Shown piece after piece: positions 17,678 through 24,902 of a stretch of 35,279 nucleotides of DNA. The notes under the pieces were generated by a model. It ran no database searches, was not told the origin of the DNA, and saw nothing but the letters and a program-made list of their open reading frames with translations. Source of the DNA: Actinomycetota bacterium. GTDB lineage: Bacteria; Actinomycetota; UBA4738; HRBIN12. Positions within the stretch are counted from its first letter, which is position 1; every line of letters begins with the position of its first letter. Both the position numbers and the translations under genes were made by a program. The stretch spans positions 1-35,279 of the forward strand of contig DATEQE010000163.1 of the NCBI GenBank assembly GCA_035272825.1, read 5' to 3'.

Positions 17678-17732
17678 TCTGCCGCCAATCTGCCGCCAAT
17701 GCCGCTCGGAGATGGGGTGAGCCGGGGTGAGC
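17678..17732. repeat. two short tandem direct repeats next to the tRNA fragment
   Basis: TCTGCCGCCAA x2 (17678-17688, 17689-17699) followed by the partial copy TGCCGC. GGGGTGAGC x2 (17714-17722, 17724-17732). Read directly from the sequence. Confidence 0.7.
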
Positions 17733-17805
17733 AGAGGACAGTGTCACCCGTCCTGACCTGCGCCGTTGTCGGTCAGTCGTCCTCGGCCAGCGAGCAGGGA
17801 GGGTC

Positions 17806-17842
17806 TTCAAGACCGCCGCCTTCGTCCGCTCGGCCACCCTCC
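17806..17842 (-). pseudogene. truncated copy of the 5' part of tRNA-Ser(UGA); direct repeat of 16067-16103
   Basis: 37/37 nt identical to 16067-16103, or 41 nt with one mismatch if extended to 17802/16063. This equals tRNA nt 2-38: acceptor 5' strand, D arm, anticodon 5' stem and the anticodon. There is no matching anticodon 3' stem, variable arm or T arm downstream. Confidence 0.85.
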
Positions 17843-17853
17843 TGCAGCCAAGG

Positions 17854-20139
17854 GTGGCGGAGGCCACGGCGGCCCCGATCCCGGCGATGCGTTCCCGTTC
17901 GCGTTTTCTGGCACCATGGTCGGACCTCATGACGGACGGGACCGACAGACGCGAGGGCGCCGGGCCGTGGACGGAGCCCCTCCAGCACACCGATGAGGCC
18001 CGGTACCGCGCGCTCGTCGAGAACCTCCCCGCGGTCATCTACCAGGTTGCCCCCGACGACGATCGGCGGACGATGTACGTGAGCCCGCACGTCGAGACGG
18101 CGCTCGGGTACTCGCGTGAGGAGTGGCTCGGCCAGCCCGACATCTGGATGGAACTCCTGCACCCGGACGATCGCGAGCAGACCCTGGCCGCCCACGACCT
18201 GCACAACGAGACCGGCCGGCCATGGAGCCGCGAGTACCGACTGATCGCGAACGACGGTCGCGTCGTCTGGTTCCGCGACGTCGCGACGCTGGTCCGCGAT
18301 GACGACGGCCGGCCGCAGCACTGGCTGGGCGTACAACTCGACATCACCGAGCTGAAGGGCGTCGAAGACGAGCTGCGCGCCGCCCGCGACGAACTCGAGC
18401 TCCGGGTCGCCGAACGCACCGCCGAGCTCGAGGAGGCGAACGCCCTGATGGCGCTCGAGATCGGCGAGCGCCGGCGCGCCGAGGCCGATCTGCGGACGGC
18501 CGAGCACCGATACCGGCTGCTCGCCGAGCAGATCCCCGCCGTGACCTACATCTGGGAGGCGAACCACCCCGACGGCGCGCCCGTCCAGTTCTACACCAGC
18601 CCACGGATCGAGCAGCTCCTCGGCTACACGGTCGACGAGTGGCATGCGTCCGCGGACTTCTGGATGTCCCGCCTGCACCCGGACGACCGCAACGCGGTGA
18701 TCGCCGCGTACCTGCGTTCGGAGAGCACGGGCGAGCCGTTCGCGATGGAGTTCCGGTATCTGCACAAGGACGGCCGCATCGTGTGGGTGGCCGACCAGGC
18801 GATCCTGATGTCGCGCGAGGACGGCGTGCCCAGGCTGTTCCAGGGCGTGATGATCGACGTCACATCTCGCAAGGAAGCCGAACGCGCGGCGACCGAGACC
18901 GAGCTGCGGTACCGCGACCTCGCGGAGCAGGTGCCGGGCGTGATCTACGTGGCCGAGATGCGCTCCGTCGAGGGCGGGTACCGCCTCCGCTACGTGAGCC
19001 CCCAGCTTGCCTCGCTGTTCGGGTACCGGTTCGAAGACTGGGAGGACACCGAGGGCTGGCTGGCGACCGTGCACCCCGAGGATCGCGATCGCGTCCGGGC
19101 CGTCGACGCAGGCGTCGCCGACGAGGGCGGGTACGAGATGGAATACCGGATCTTCCACCGTGACGGGAGCGTCCGGTGGGTCCGCGACCAGGCCCACGTG
19201 CTCGCGCGGGATGCGCTCGGCCGGCCGACCGAGGTCCAGGGGCTCGTGGTCGACGTCACGGACGCCCGCAGGATCGACCGGGAGCGCCGCGAGGCCCGAG
19301 TCCGGTACCGCTCGCTCGTCGAGGCCATCCCGGCCATCACCTACCTCGAGCACGCCAGCCCCGAGGCGCCGGAAGAGTCGCGATTCGCCTTCGTCAGCCC
19401 GCAGATCGAGCGGATCCTCGGGTTCACCCCTGACGAAGCGACGAGCGACCCGCACTTCTTCGAGCGGACCCTGCACCCGGACGACCTGCCGCGCATCCGG
19501 GAGGCCAACGTGCGGGCCGAGTCGACGGGCGAGCCGTTCGACGAGGAGTTCCGACAACTGACCAAGGGCGGCCAGATCCGCTGGATGCACGATCGCGCGG
19601 TCCTGGTCCGCGACGACGACGGCGCGCCCCGCTTCTGGCATGGGGTGACGATCGACATCACCGACCGCAAGGAGGCCGAGCGCAACCTCCGTCTAGTCGA
19701 GGCGCGCTACCGCACCCTGGTCGAACAGATCCCGGCGGTCACGTTCATCGAGACCCCCGGGGCGCCCCCCGACGAGACCTGGTTCACGTACCTGAGCCCC
19801 CAGGCCGAAGAGGTCTTCGGCCTCACGTGCGAGGAGCTCCGCGCGAACCCAAGCCACCTTGGCGAGCTCGTGCACCCCGAGGATCGCGAACGCGTCTATG
19901 CCGCGAACGCACACGCCGAGGAGACGGGCGAGAGCTTCAACGAGGAGTTCCGGATCATCCGCCCCGACGGCCGGATCATCTGGTTGGACAGTCGCGCCGT
20001 GCTCGTCCGGGACGACGAGGGCCGGCCGCGGTTCTGGCAGGGGGTCGCGATCGACGTCACCGCCCACCGCGAGCTCGAGAGCCGCTACCGGGATCTTGCG
20101 GGGATGGTCTTCGGCGAGGTCGGCGTCGACGCCGACTAG
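17854..20139 (+). CDS. multi-PAS (5 tandem PAS/PAC units) protein without a recognisable output domain
   Basis: Track ORF of 761 aa. Five units start at about aa 50, 219, 352, 484 and 618. The recurring pattern is RYRxLxExxPAxxY...SPxxExxxGY..EW......W...HPDDR.......G.....EyR....DG..(R)W..D.A.L.RDd.G.P....GV..D(I/V)T. The start is uncertain: GTG 17854, ATG 17887 or ATG 17929. Confidence 0.85.
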   Translation: MAEATAAPIPAMRSRSRFLAPWSDLMTDGTDRREGAGPWTEPLQHTDEARYRALVENLPAVIYQVAPDDDRRTMYVSPHVETALGYSREEWLGQPDIWMELLHPDDREQTLAAHDLHNETGRPWSREYRLIANDGRVVWFRDVATLVRDDDGRPQHWLGVQLDITELKGVEDELRAARDELELRVAERTAELEEANALMALEIGERRRAEADLRTAEHRYRLLAEQIPAVTYIWEANHPDGAPVQFYTSPRIEQLLGYTVDEWHASADFWMSRLHPDDRNAVIAAYLRSESTGEPFAMEFRYLHKDGRIVWVADQAILMSREDGVPRLFQGVMIDVTSRKEAERAATETELRYRDLAEQVPGVIYVAEMRSVEGGYRLRYVSPQLASLFGYRFEDWEDTEGWLATVHPEDRDRVRAVDAGVADEGGYEMEYRIFHRDGSVRWVRDQAHVLARDALGRPTEVQGLVVDVTDARRIDRERREARVRYRSLVEAIPAITYLEHASPEAPEESRFAFVSPQIERILGFTPDEATSDPHFFERTLHPDDLPRIREANVRAESTGEPFDEEFRQLTKGGQIRWMHDRAVLVRDDDGAPRFWHGVTIDITDRKEAERNLRLVEARYRTLVEQIPAVTFIETPGAPPDETWFTYLSPQAEEVFGLTCEELRANPSHLGELVHPEDRERVYAANAHAEETGESFNEEFRIIRPDGRIIWLDSRAVLVRDDEGRPRFWQGVAIDVTAHRELESRYRDLAGMVFGEVGVDAD

Positions 20140-21428
20140 CTCGATCCCGCCACCGGCCGGCCGCTTGCCCGGAGCTCGCGGAGGTGCTCGGGCAGGTACG
20201 CGTGCAGGGCCGTGGGGAGCCCGATGCTCCCGTCCGCGCGCTGGTAGTTCTCCAGGATCGCGATCAGGGTCCGGCCGATCGCGGTGGCGGTCCCGTTGAG
20301 GGTGTGCAGGACCTCGACCTCGCCCGAAGTGCGGCGGACCCGGGTCTGCCCGCGGCGGGCGCCGTAGTCGGTGTAGTTCGAGCAGGACGTGAGCTCCCGA
20401 TACCGGCCCTGGCCCGGCAGCCACACCTCGAGGTCGTACTTCTTCGCCGCGGCGCCCCCGAGGTCGCCCGCCGCCACGTTCACGATGCGGTACGGCAGGT
20501 CGAGGGTGCCGACGATCTCCTCCTCGATCCCGACCATGAACTCGTGCTCGTCCCACGAGTCCTCCGGTCGCGCGAACGAGAACATCTCCACCTTGTCGAA
20601 CTGGTGGACGCGGAACATCCCGCCCATGTCCTTGCCGTAGGTGCCGGCCTCACGGCGGAAGCACGTCGAGTAACCGGCGTAGCGGATCGGCAGGTCCTCC
20701 TCGTCCAGGATCTCGGTCGCGTGAAACGCCGCGAGCGAGACCTCCGACGTCCCGACCAGGTACAGCTCGTCGGGCGTCGTGACGTAGATGTTGACCTCGT
20801 CCGTCGGGAGGAACCCGCTGCCGAACATCGCCTCCTCGCGGACCAGCACCGGCGGGATCACCGGGACGAACCCCTGCGCCGTCAACAGGTCGAGCGCGTG
20901 GCGGACGAGCGCGAACTGTACCTGCACGATGTCGCCCAGCAGATACACGAATCGGGAGCCGCTGGTCCGAGCGGCCCGTTCGCCGTCGAGCATGCCCAGC
21001 TGCTCACCCAGCAGCGCGTGGTCCTTGGGCTCGAAGTCGAAGGTCGGGGGTTCGCCGTGGCGGCGCACCTCGACCGCGTCCTCGTCCGTGAACCCGTCGG
21101 GCGCCGACTCGTGGGGGACGTTCGGGGTCCGGGCCAGCAGGTCGGCGAGCTCGGCCTCGACCTGCTCGAGCTGGGGCTCGAGCTCCTTGAGCTCGCCCGA
21201 GACCTTGGCCACCTCGGCGATCAGGCGCTGCTTCTCCTTGCCCTGGGCACCGCCGATCGCCTTGCTCGTCCGGTTCTGCTCCGCCCGCAGCTCCTCCACG
21301 CGGACCGTGAGCGCGCGCCGTCGCTCGTCGAGCTCGAGGATCTTGTCGACGGCGTCGGCCAAGTGGCGCCGGGCGAGGCCCCTGCGGAACCGGTCGGGGT
21401 CCTCTCGGATCGCCCGGACATCGAGCAC
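20136..21428 (-). CDS. serS: seryl-tRNA synthetase
   Basis: GTG 21428 is in frame within track ORF 20136..21722 (1293 nt = 431 codons). There is an N-terminal coiled-coil arm (VLDVRAIREDPDRFRRGL...) and class II motifs (GTSEV, YSTCFRREAG, FRVHQFDKVEMF, TLNGTATAIGRTLIAILENYQ). Confidence 0.93.
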   Translation of the reverse strand: MLDVRAIREDPDRFRRGLARRHLADAVDKILELDERRRALTVRVEELRAEQNRTSKAIGGAQGKEKQRLIAEVAKVSGELKELEPQLEQVEAELADLLARTPNVPHESAPDGFTDEDAVEVRRHGEPPTFDFEPKDHALLGEQLGMLDGERAARTSGSRFVYLLGDIVQVQFALVRHALDLLTAQGFVPVIPPVLVREEAMFGSGFLPTDEVNIYVTTPDELYLVGTSEVSLAAFHATEILDEEDLPIRYAGYSTCFRREAGTYGKDMGGMFRVHQFDKVEMFSFARPEDSWDEHEFMVGIEEEIVGTLDLPYRIVNVAAGDLGGAAAKKYDLEVWLPGQGRYRELTSCSNYTDYGARRGQTRVRRTSGEVEVLHTLNGTATAIGRTLIAILENYQRADGSIGLPTALHAYLPEHLRELRASGRPVAGSS

Positions 21429-21429
21429 G

Positions 21430-21837
21430 CTAGACCTTGGCCTCCTCGGCCTCGGGCGTCTCGCCCTTCGCCGGTGCCGCGGCGGCCTTCTGCGGCGGGG
21501 CCGGTTGCTGATCCATGATCGACTGCCCCTGGAAGATGCCGCCCTCCTCGACGACCAGGGTCTTCGAGGTGATGTCGCCGTCCACGCGCCCGCCCCGCGC
21601 GAGCTCGGCCCGCCCCTTGACGAGGATCGTGCCCTTGAACCTGCCGGCCACCACGACGTTTTGCGCGCGGATGTCCGCCTCCACCTGACTCTGCGGCGAG
21701 AGCAGGACGTCGCCCTCGGCATTGATCTGCCCCTTCACCTGCCCGTCGATCCGCAGCGACCCGGCGGACACGACCGTGCCCTCGAGCTTGGCTCCCTGCC
21801 CGACGATGGTGACCTCTCCGCCCTGCTGATCTGCCAT
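21430..21837 (-). CDS. bactofilin-family polymer-forming protein (135 aa)
   Basis: ATG 21837 lies 6 nt after GGAGGTG. The beta-helical repeat pattern is IVGQGAKLEGTVVSAGSLRIDGQVKGQINAEGDVLLSPQSQVEADIRAQNVVVAGRFKGTILVKGRAELARGGRVDGDITSKTLVVEEGGIFQGQS, followed by a Pro/Ala-rich tail. Stop TAG 21432-21430 lies 1 nt before the serS GTG. Confidence 0.85.
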   Translation of the reverse strand: MADQQGGEVTIVGQGAKLEGTVVSAGSLRIDGQVKGQINAEGDVLLSPQSQVEADIRAQNVVVAGRFKGTILVKGRAELARGGRVDGDITSKTLVVEEGGIFQGQSIMDQQPAPPQKAAAAPAKGETPEAEEAKV

Positions 21838-21959
21838 CCCACGCACCTCCGTCCGTCCCGGATCAGTCCGGGTCGCCTCGTCCCGCTCGTCCGAACCGGC
21901 CTCGCCCGGCGCCGCGGGGAGATCGCGAGCGGCCGGTACCGGGTCGTCCCGTCGCCAGA

Positions 21960-22454
21960 TCACGTCGCCGACACCGCCCGCTCGGCGCCCGGCTCCAGCG
22001 CTTGCCGGATCGCTTCCTCCTCCTCGATCGACAGACTGTAGGGGCTGTGGCCCTCGGAGACCGGCTTCGCGTACACCCTCGTGTCGTGTCTGCCGTTGAT
22101 CGAGGTCATCACCACGCCCGTGCCTTGGCCGTCGAGCAGCGCACAGGAGAACGACAGCCGGCCGCCGACGTCGTCGAACGCGTCGTACCGCACCAGCCCG
22201 ACGTTGCGCACCGCGCCCTCGATGTCGATCTGCTGTCGCCGGTCGGTCCCCGCCAGCGCTCGGATGGCCGACTCGAGCCGCGCAATGCGGTTCGACTGGT
22301 CGTCGAGGATCCCGTGCAGGATCTCGTCGACCACGACCGGCTCCTGGTTGCGGCGCCGGCGACCCGACGCGAGCGCCGACAGCGCCAGTGCGAGCGTCGC
22401 AAGGCCGATCGCGACGAGCACCAGCCGGCTGAGGGTTTCTGGAGAGAACGTCAT
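21960..22454 (-). CDS. DUF4446-like membrane-anchored protein (164 aa)
   Basis: Track ORF with an N-terminal TM helix (LVLVAIGLATLALALSALA), then VRYDAFDDVGGRLSFSCALLDGQGTGVVMTSINGRHDTRVYAKPV..G.SPYSLSIEEEEAI. From memory this matches the DUF4446 pattern. Confidence 0.7.
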   Translation of the reverse strand: MTFSPETLSRLVLVAIGLATLALALSALASGRRRRNQEPVVVDEILHGILDDQSNRIARLESAIRALAGTDRRQQIDIEGAVRNVGLVRYDAFDDVGGRLSFSCALLDGQGTGVVMTSINGRHDTRVYAKPVSEGHSPYSLSIEEEEAIRQALEPGAERAVSAT

Positions 22455-22563
22455 CGTCGGAAACCGCCGAAAGAGGCCACTGACCTGGGGCTTTCTGCGA
22501 GTCCGCAGTATACAATCAACGCCCTCGCGGTCGAACGAGGATCGCCCGCCGGAAGCCGACCTG

Positions 22564-23373
22564 ATGCGACTCGCCTACTTCGATTGCATCGCCGGGATCT
22601 CGGGCGATTCGGCTTTGGGTGCGCTCGTCGACGCCGGGGCCGACCGGGACGCGCTGCGGGCGCATCTGGCGACGCTGCCGCTCGAGCGGTTCGAGCTCGC
22701 GTTCGACGAGGTCGACGAGCACGGGGTGCGAGCGATCCGCGCCGAGGTGCGGACCTCGGGCACCGCCGGGGTGATCCGGACGTACGCGAGCGTTCGCGCG
22801 CTGCTCGACGCATCCGACCTCCCGCCGGACGCCCTGCACCTCGCGCACCGGATCTTCCGTCGCTACGCGGAGGCCGAGGCCCGCGTCCAACGACGGGACA
22901 TCGAGACGGTAACCTTCCACGAGCTCGCAGGTCTGGACGCGATCGTCGACGTCGCCGGGACCGCGCTCGGGCTCACGATGCTCGGGGTCGAACGGGTCTT
23001 CTCCTCGGCGGTCCCGACGGGCCTGGGGATGGCGCGTTCCGAGCACGGGGCGATGCCGATCCCGTCGGCCACGGTGGTGGAACTGCTGCGCGGCGCGCCC
23101 GTGTTCTCCCGCGGGGTCTCCGCTGAGCTCACGACGGCGACCGGGGCGGCGATCCTGGCCGCGACCGTGGAGGGGTACGGCGAGATCCCGGCGCTGCGGA
23201 TCGAGGAGGCCGGCTACGGCGCGGGCTCCGCGCGCCTGGACTTCCCGAACGTCACGCGCGTGCTCATCGGGATCGAGGAGCCGGCGAGCTCGTTGCCGAG
23301 CGTGCCCGGCGTCCCCGAGCTCCGGCTCGTCCCGGAGCCGCGGGAGCCGGACGATCCCGGGGAGGCCGGCTGA
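22564..23373 (+). CDS. LarC (DUF111) N-terminal-domain protein, LarC1-like, lacking the C-terminal domain (269 aa)
   Basis: ATG 22564 lies within track ORF 22081..23373. Sequence: MRLAYFDCIAGISGDSALGALVDAGAD..., FHELAGLDAIVDVAG, HGAMPIPSATVVELL, ELTTATGAAIL, AGYGAGSARLDFPNVTRVLIG. This is collinear with the first roughly 270 aa of LarC-type nickel-insertion proteins, which are about 400 aa or more. Confidence 0.75.
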   Translation: MRLAYFDCIAGISGDSALGALVDAGADRDALRAHLATLPLERFELAFDEVDEHGVRAIRAEVRTSGTAGVIRTYASVRALLDASDLPPDALHLAHRIFRRYAEAEARVQRRDIETVTFHELAGLDAIVDVAGTALGLTMLGVERVFSSAVPTGLGMARSEHGAMPIPSATVVELLRGAPVFSRGVSAELTTATGAAILAATVEGYGEIPALRIEEAGYGAGSARLDFPNVTRVLIGIEEPASSLPSVPGVPELRLVPEPREPDDPGEAG

Positions 23374-23512
23374 CGCTCGAACCTCCATGAACCCGGGACG
23401 ACTTCCGAACGCTCTCCTTCGGGTTCGGCTTCGAGAACGTCGTCGGAGCCGCTCGCCAGGAACGAGATGATGGACAGGGCGTTCGACTACCTGACCTCGT
23501 AGGGACGTACGC

Positions 23513-23537
23513 GGGGCCGGCGGGTCGCGCCGGCCCC
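23513..23537. terminator. GC-rich hairpin between the LarC-like gene and tRNA-Leu (possible bidirectional terminator)
   Basis: GGGGCCGGCG-ggtcg-CGCCGGCCCC, a perfect 10-bp stem. There is no U-tract, which is common in high-GC genomes. Confidence 0.4.
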
Positions 23538-23553
23538 GCCCGTTCACCGCGGG

Positions 23554-23637
<84 letters not shown>

Positions 23638-23748
23638 GAGCGGGAACGAATCGTAGCAGTCGTCCTGCGGGTTTCCGGCGGGGTTCCGGGCTCGGCGGGC
23701 GGGGTAGAATCCGCGCGACCCGCCTTCCGACCAGCGGAAACAGCGTCT

Positions 23749-24432
23749 GTGCCCATCCTTCGTGACTTCGAGCGACGTCTCGGCGGCCTCGTCGAGGGCT
23801 TCTTCGCGACCACCTTCCGCTCGGGTCTGCAGCCGGTCGAGCTCGCCAAGCGGATGATGCGCGAGCTGGACGCGACCAAGACCGTCGGGGTCAAGGAGGT
23901 CTGGGCCCCCAACCGCTATGTGTTCGCTCTGTCCGAGTCCGACGCGCAGCGGTTCGAGCAGGCCGAGCAGGCCCTGGTGACCGAGCTCAAGCAGGTCGTG
24001 CGGGAGGCCGCGGCCGAACGCGGGTGGGGGCTCGTGGGACCCCCCGAGGTGGAGTTCGAGGTCGATCCGGAGCTCGGCAAGGGCCGATTCCGGTGCGAGG
24101 CCTCGTTCGTCGAGGGCGAGGAGGAGCTCGCGCCGCAGCCCTCCGTGGGCGAGCGGGGCTCGCTGGTCCGAATGCCCGACGGGGTCAGTTACGCGCTCGC
24201 CAAGCCGTCCGTCACGATCGGGCGGTTCCCCGAGAGCGACGTGGTCGTGGACGACGCCGGTGCATCACGGCAGCACGCCCGGATCCGGCGCACCGACGCG
24301 GGGTTCGTGCTCACCGACCTGGGCTCGACGAACGGCACGATGGTCAACGGCGAGCTGATCCAGGAGCACATGCTCGAGCACGGCGACCGCATCACGATCG
24401 GCGAGACCGAACTCGAGTTCCGGAGCGGCTGA
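23749..24432 (+). CDS. fhaA: FhaA-like protein (DUF3662 N-terminal domain plus C-terminal FHA domain)
   Basis: Track ORF of 227 aa with a GTG start. N-terminus: ILRDFERRLGGLVEGFF...LQPVELAKRMMRELD. FHA region: TIGRFPESDVVVDDAGASRQHARI...LTDLGSTNGTMVNG. Confidence 0.88.
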   Translation: MPILRDFERRLGGLVEGFFATTFRSGLQPVELAKRMMRELDATKTVGVKEVWAPNRYVFALSESDAQRFEQAEQALVTELKQVVREAAAERGWGLVGPPEVEFEVDPELGKGRFRCEASFVEGEEELAPQPSVGERGSLVRMPDGVSYALAKPSVTIGRFPESDVVVDDAGASRQHARIRRTDAGFVLTDLGSTNGTMVNGELIQEHMLEHGDRITIGETELEFRSG

Positions 24433-24434
24433 CC

Positions 24435-24902
24435 GTGTCGCCCTTCGTCCTGTCGGTGCTGAAGTACTCGTTGCTCGTCCTGCTCTACTTCTTCGTGTTC
24501 CGCGCGATCCGCTCGGTCGCGGTCGACGTCGGTGGACGCAAGCGGGGAGCGACGACCCAGATGCGGACCACAGCTCCCGCGAGCACCGCCAAGCCGTCGA
24601 AGGGCGGCAGGTCGCCCACGCAGGTCGTCGTGCACGATGCCGGTGGCGGCAAGCCTGTCACGATCAAGCTCCGCGGCCCGGTCGAGATCGGCCGCGGCGA
24701 CCGGTGTGCGATTCGCCTCCACGACACGTACGTTTCACAGGTGCACGCACATCTGTACGCGAAGCACGGCGCCTGGTACGTCGAGGACCTGGGGTCGACG
24801 AACGGCACGCTCCTCAACGACCGGCGGGTCGACGCGCCGGTGGAGGTCCGCGCCGGCGACGTCCTGAAGATCGGCAAGACCGTCCTGGAGCTCAGGCGAT
24901 GA
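24435..24902 (+). CDS. fhaB: FhaB/FipA-like membrane-anchored FHA-domain protein
   Basis: GTG 24435 is in frame in track ORF 24024..24902. TM helix: FVLSVLKYSLLVLLYFFVF. FHA region: EIGRGDRCAIRLHDTYVSQVHAHL...VEDLGSTNGTLLND. Confidence 0.85.
   Translation: MSPFVLSVLKYSLLVLLYFFVFRAIRSVAVDVGGRKRGATTQMRTTAPASTAKPSKGGRSPTQVVVHDAGGGKPVTIKLRGPVEIGRGDRCAIRLHDTYVSQVHAHLYAKHGAWYVEDLGSTNGTLLNDRRVDAPVEVRAGDVLKIGKTVLELRR

Noticed and set aside
17802-17860. A second functional tRNA-Ser gene.
   Set aside because: Only the 5' 38-40 nt match. Downstream on the minus strand there is no complementary anticodon 3' stem, no variable arm and no GTTCGAATC T-loop. It is a fragment.
23374-23512. A larC2-like continuation reachable by frameshift after the LarC1-like stop.
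   Set aside because: All three forward frames were translated. None resembles the LarC C-terminal domain, all stop within about 45 codons, and the available space (180 nt) is far too small.
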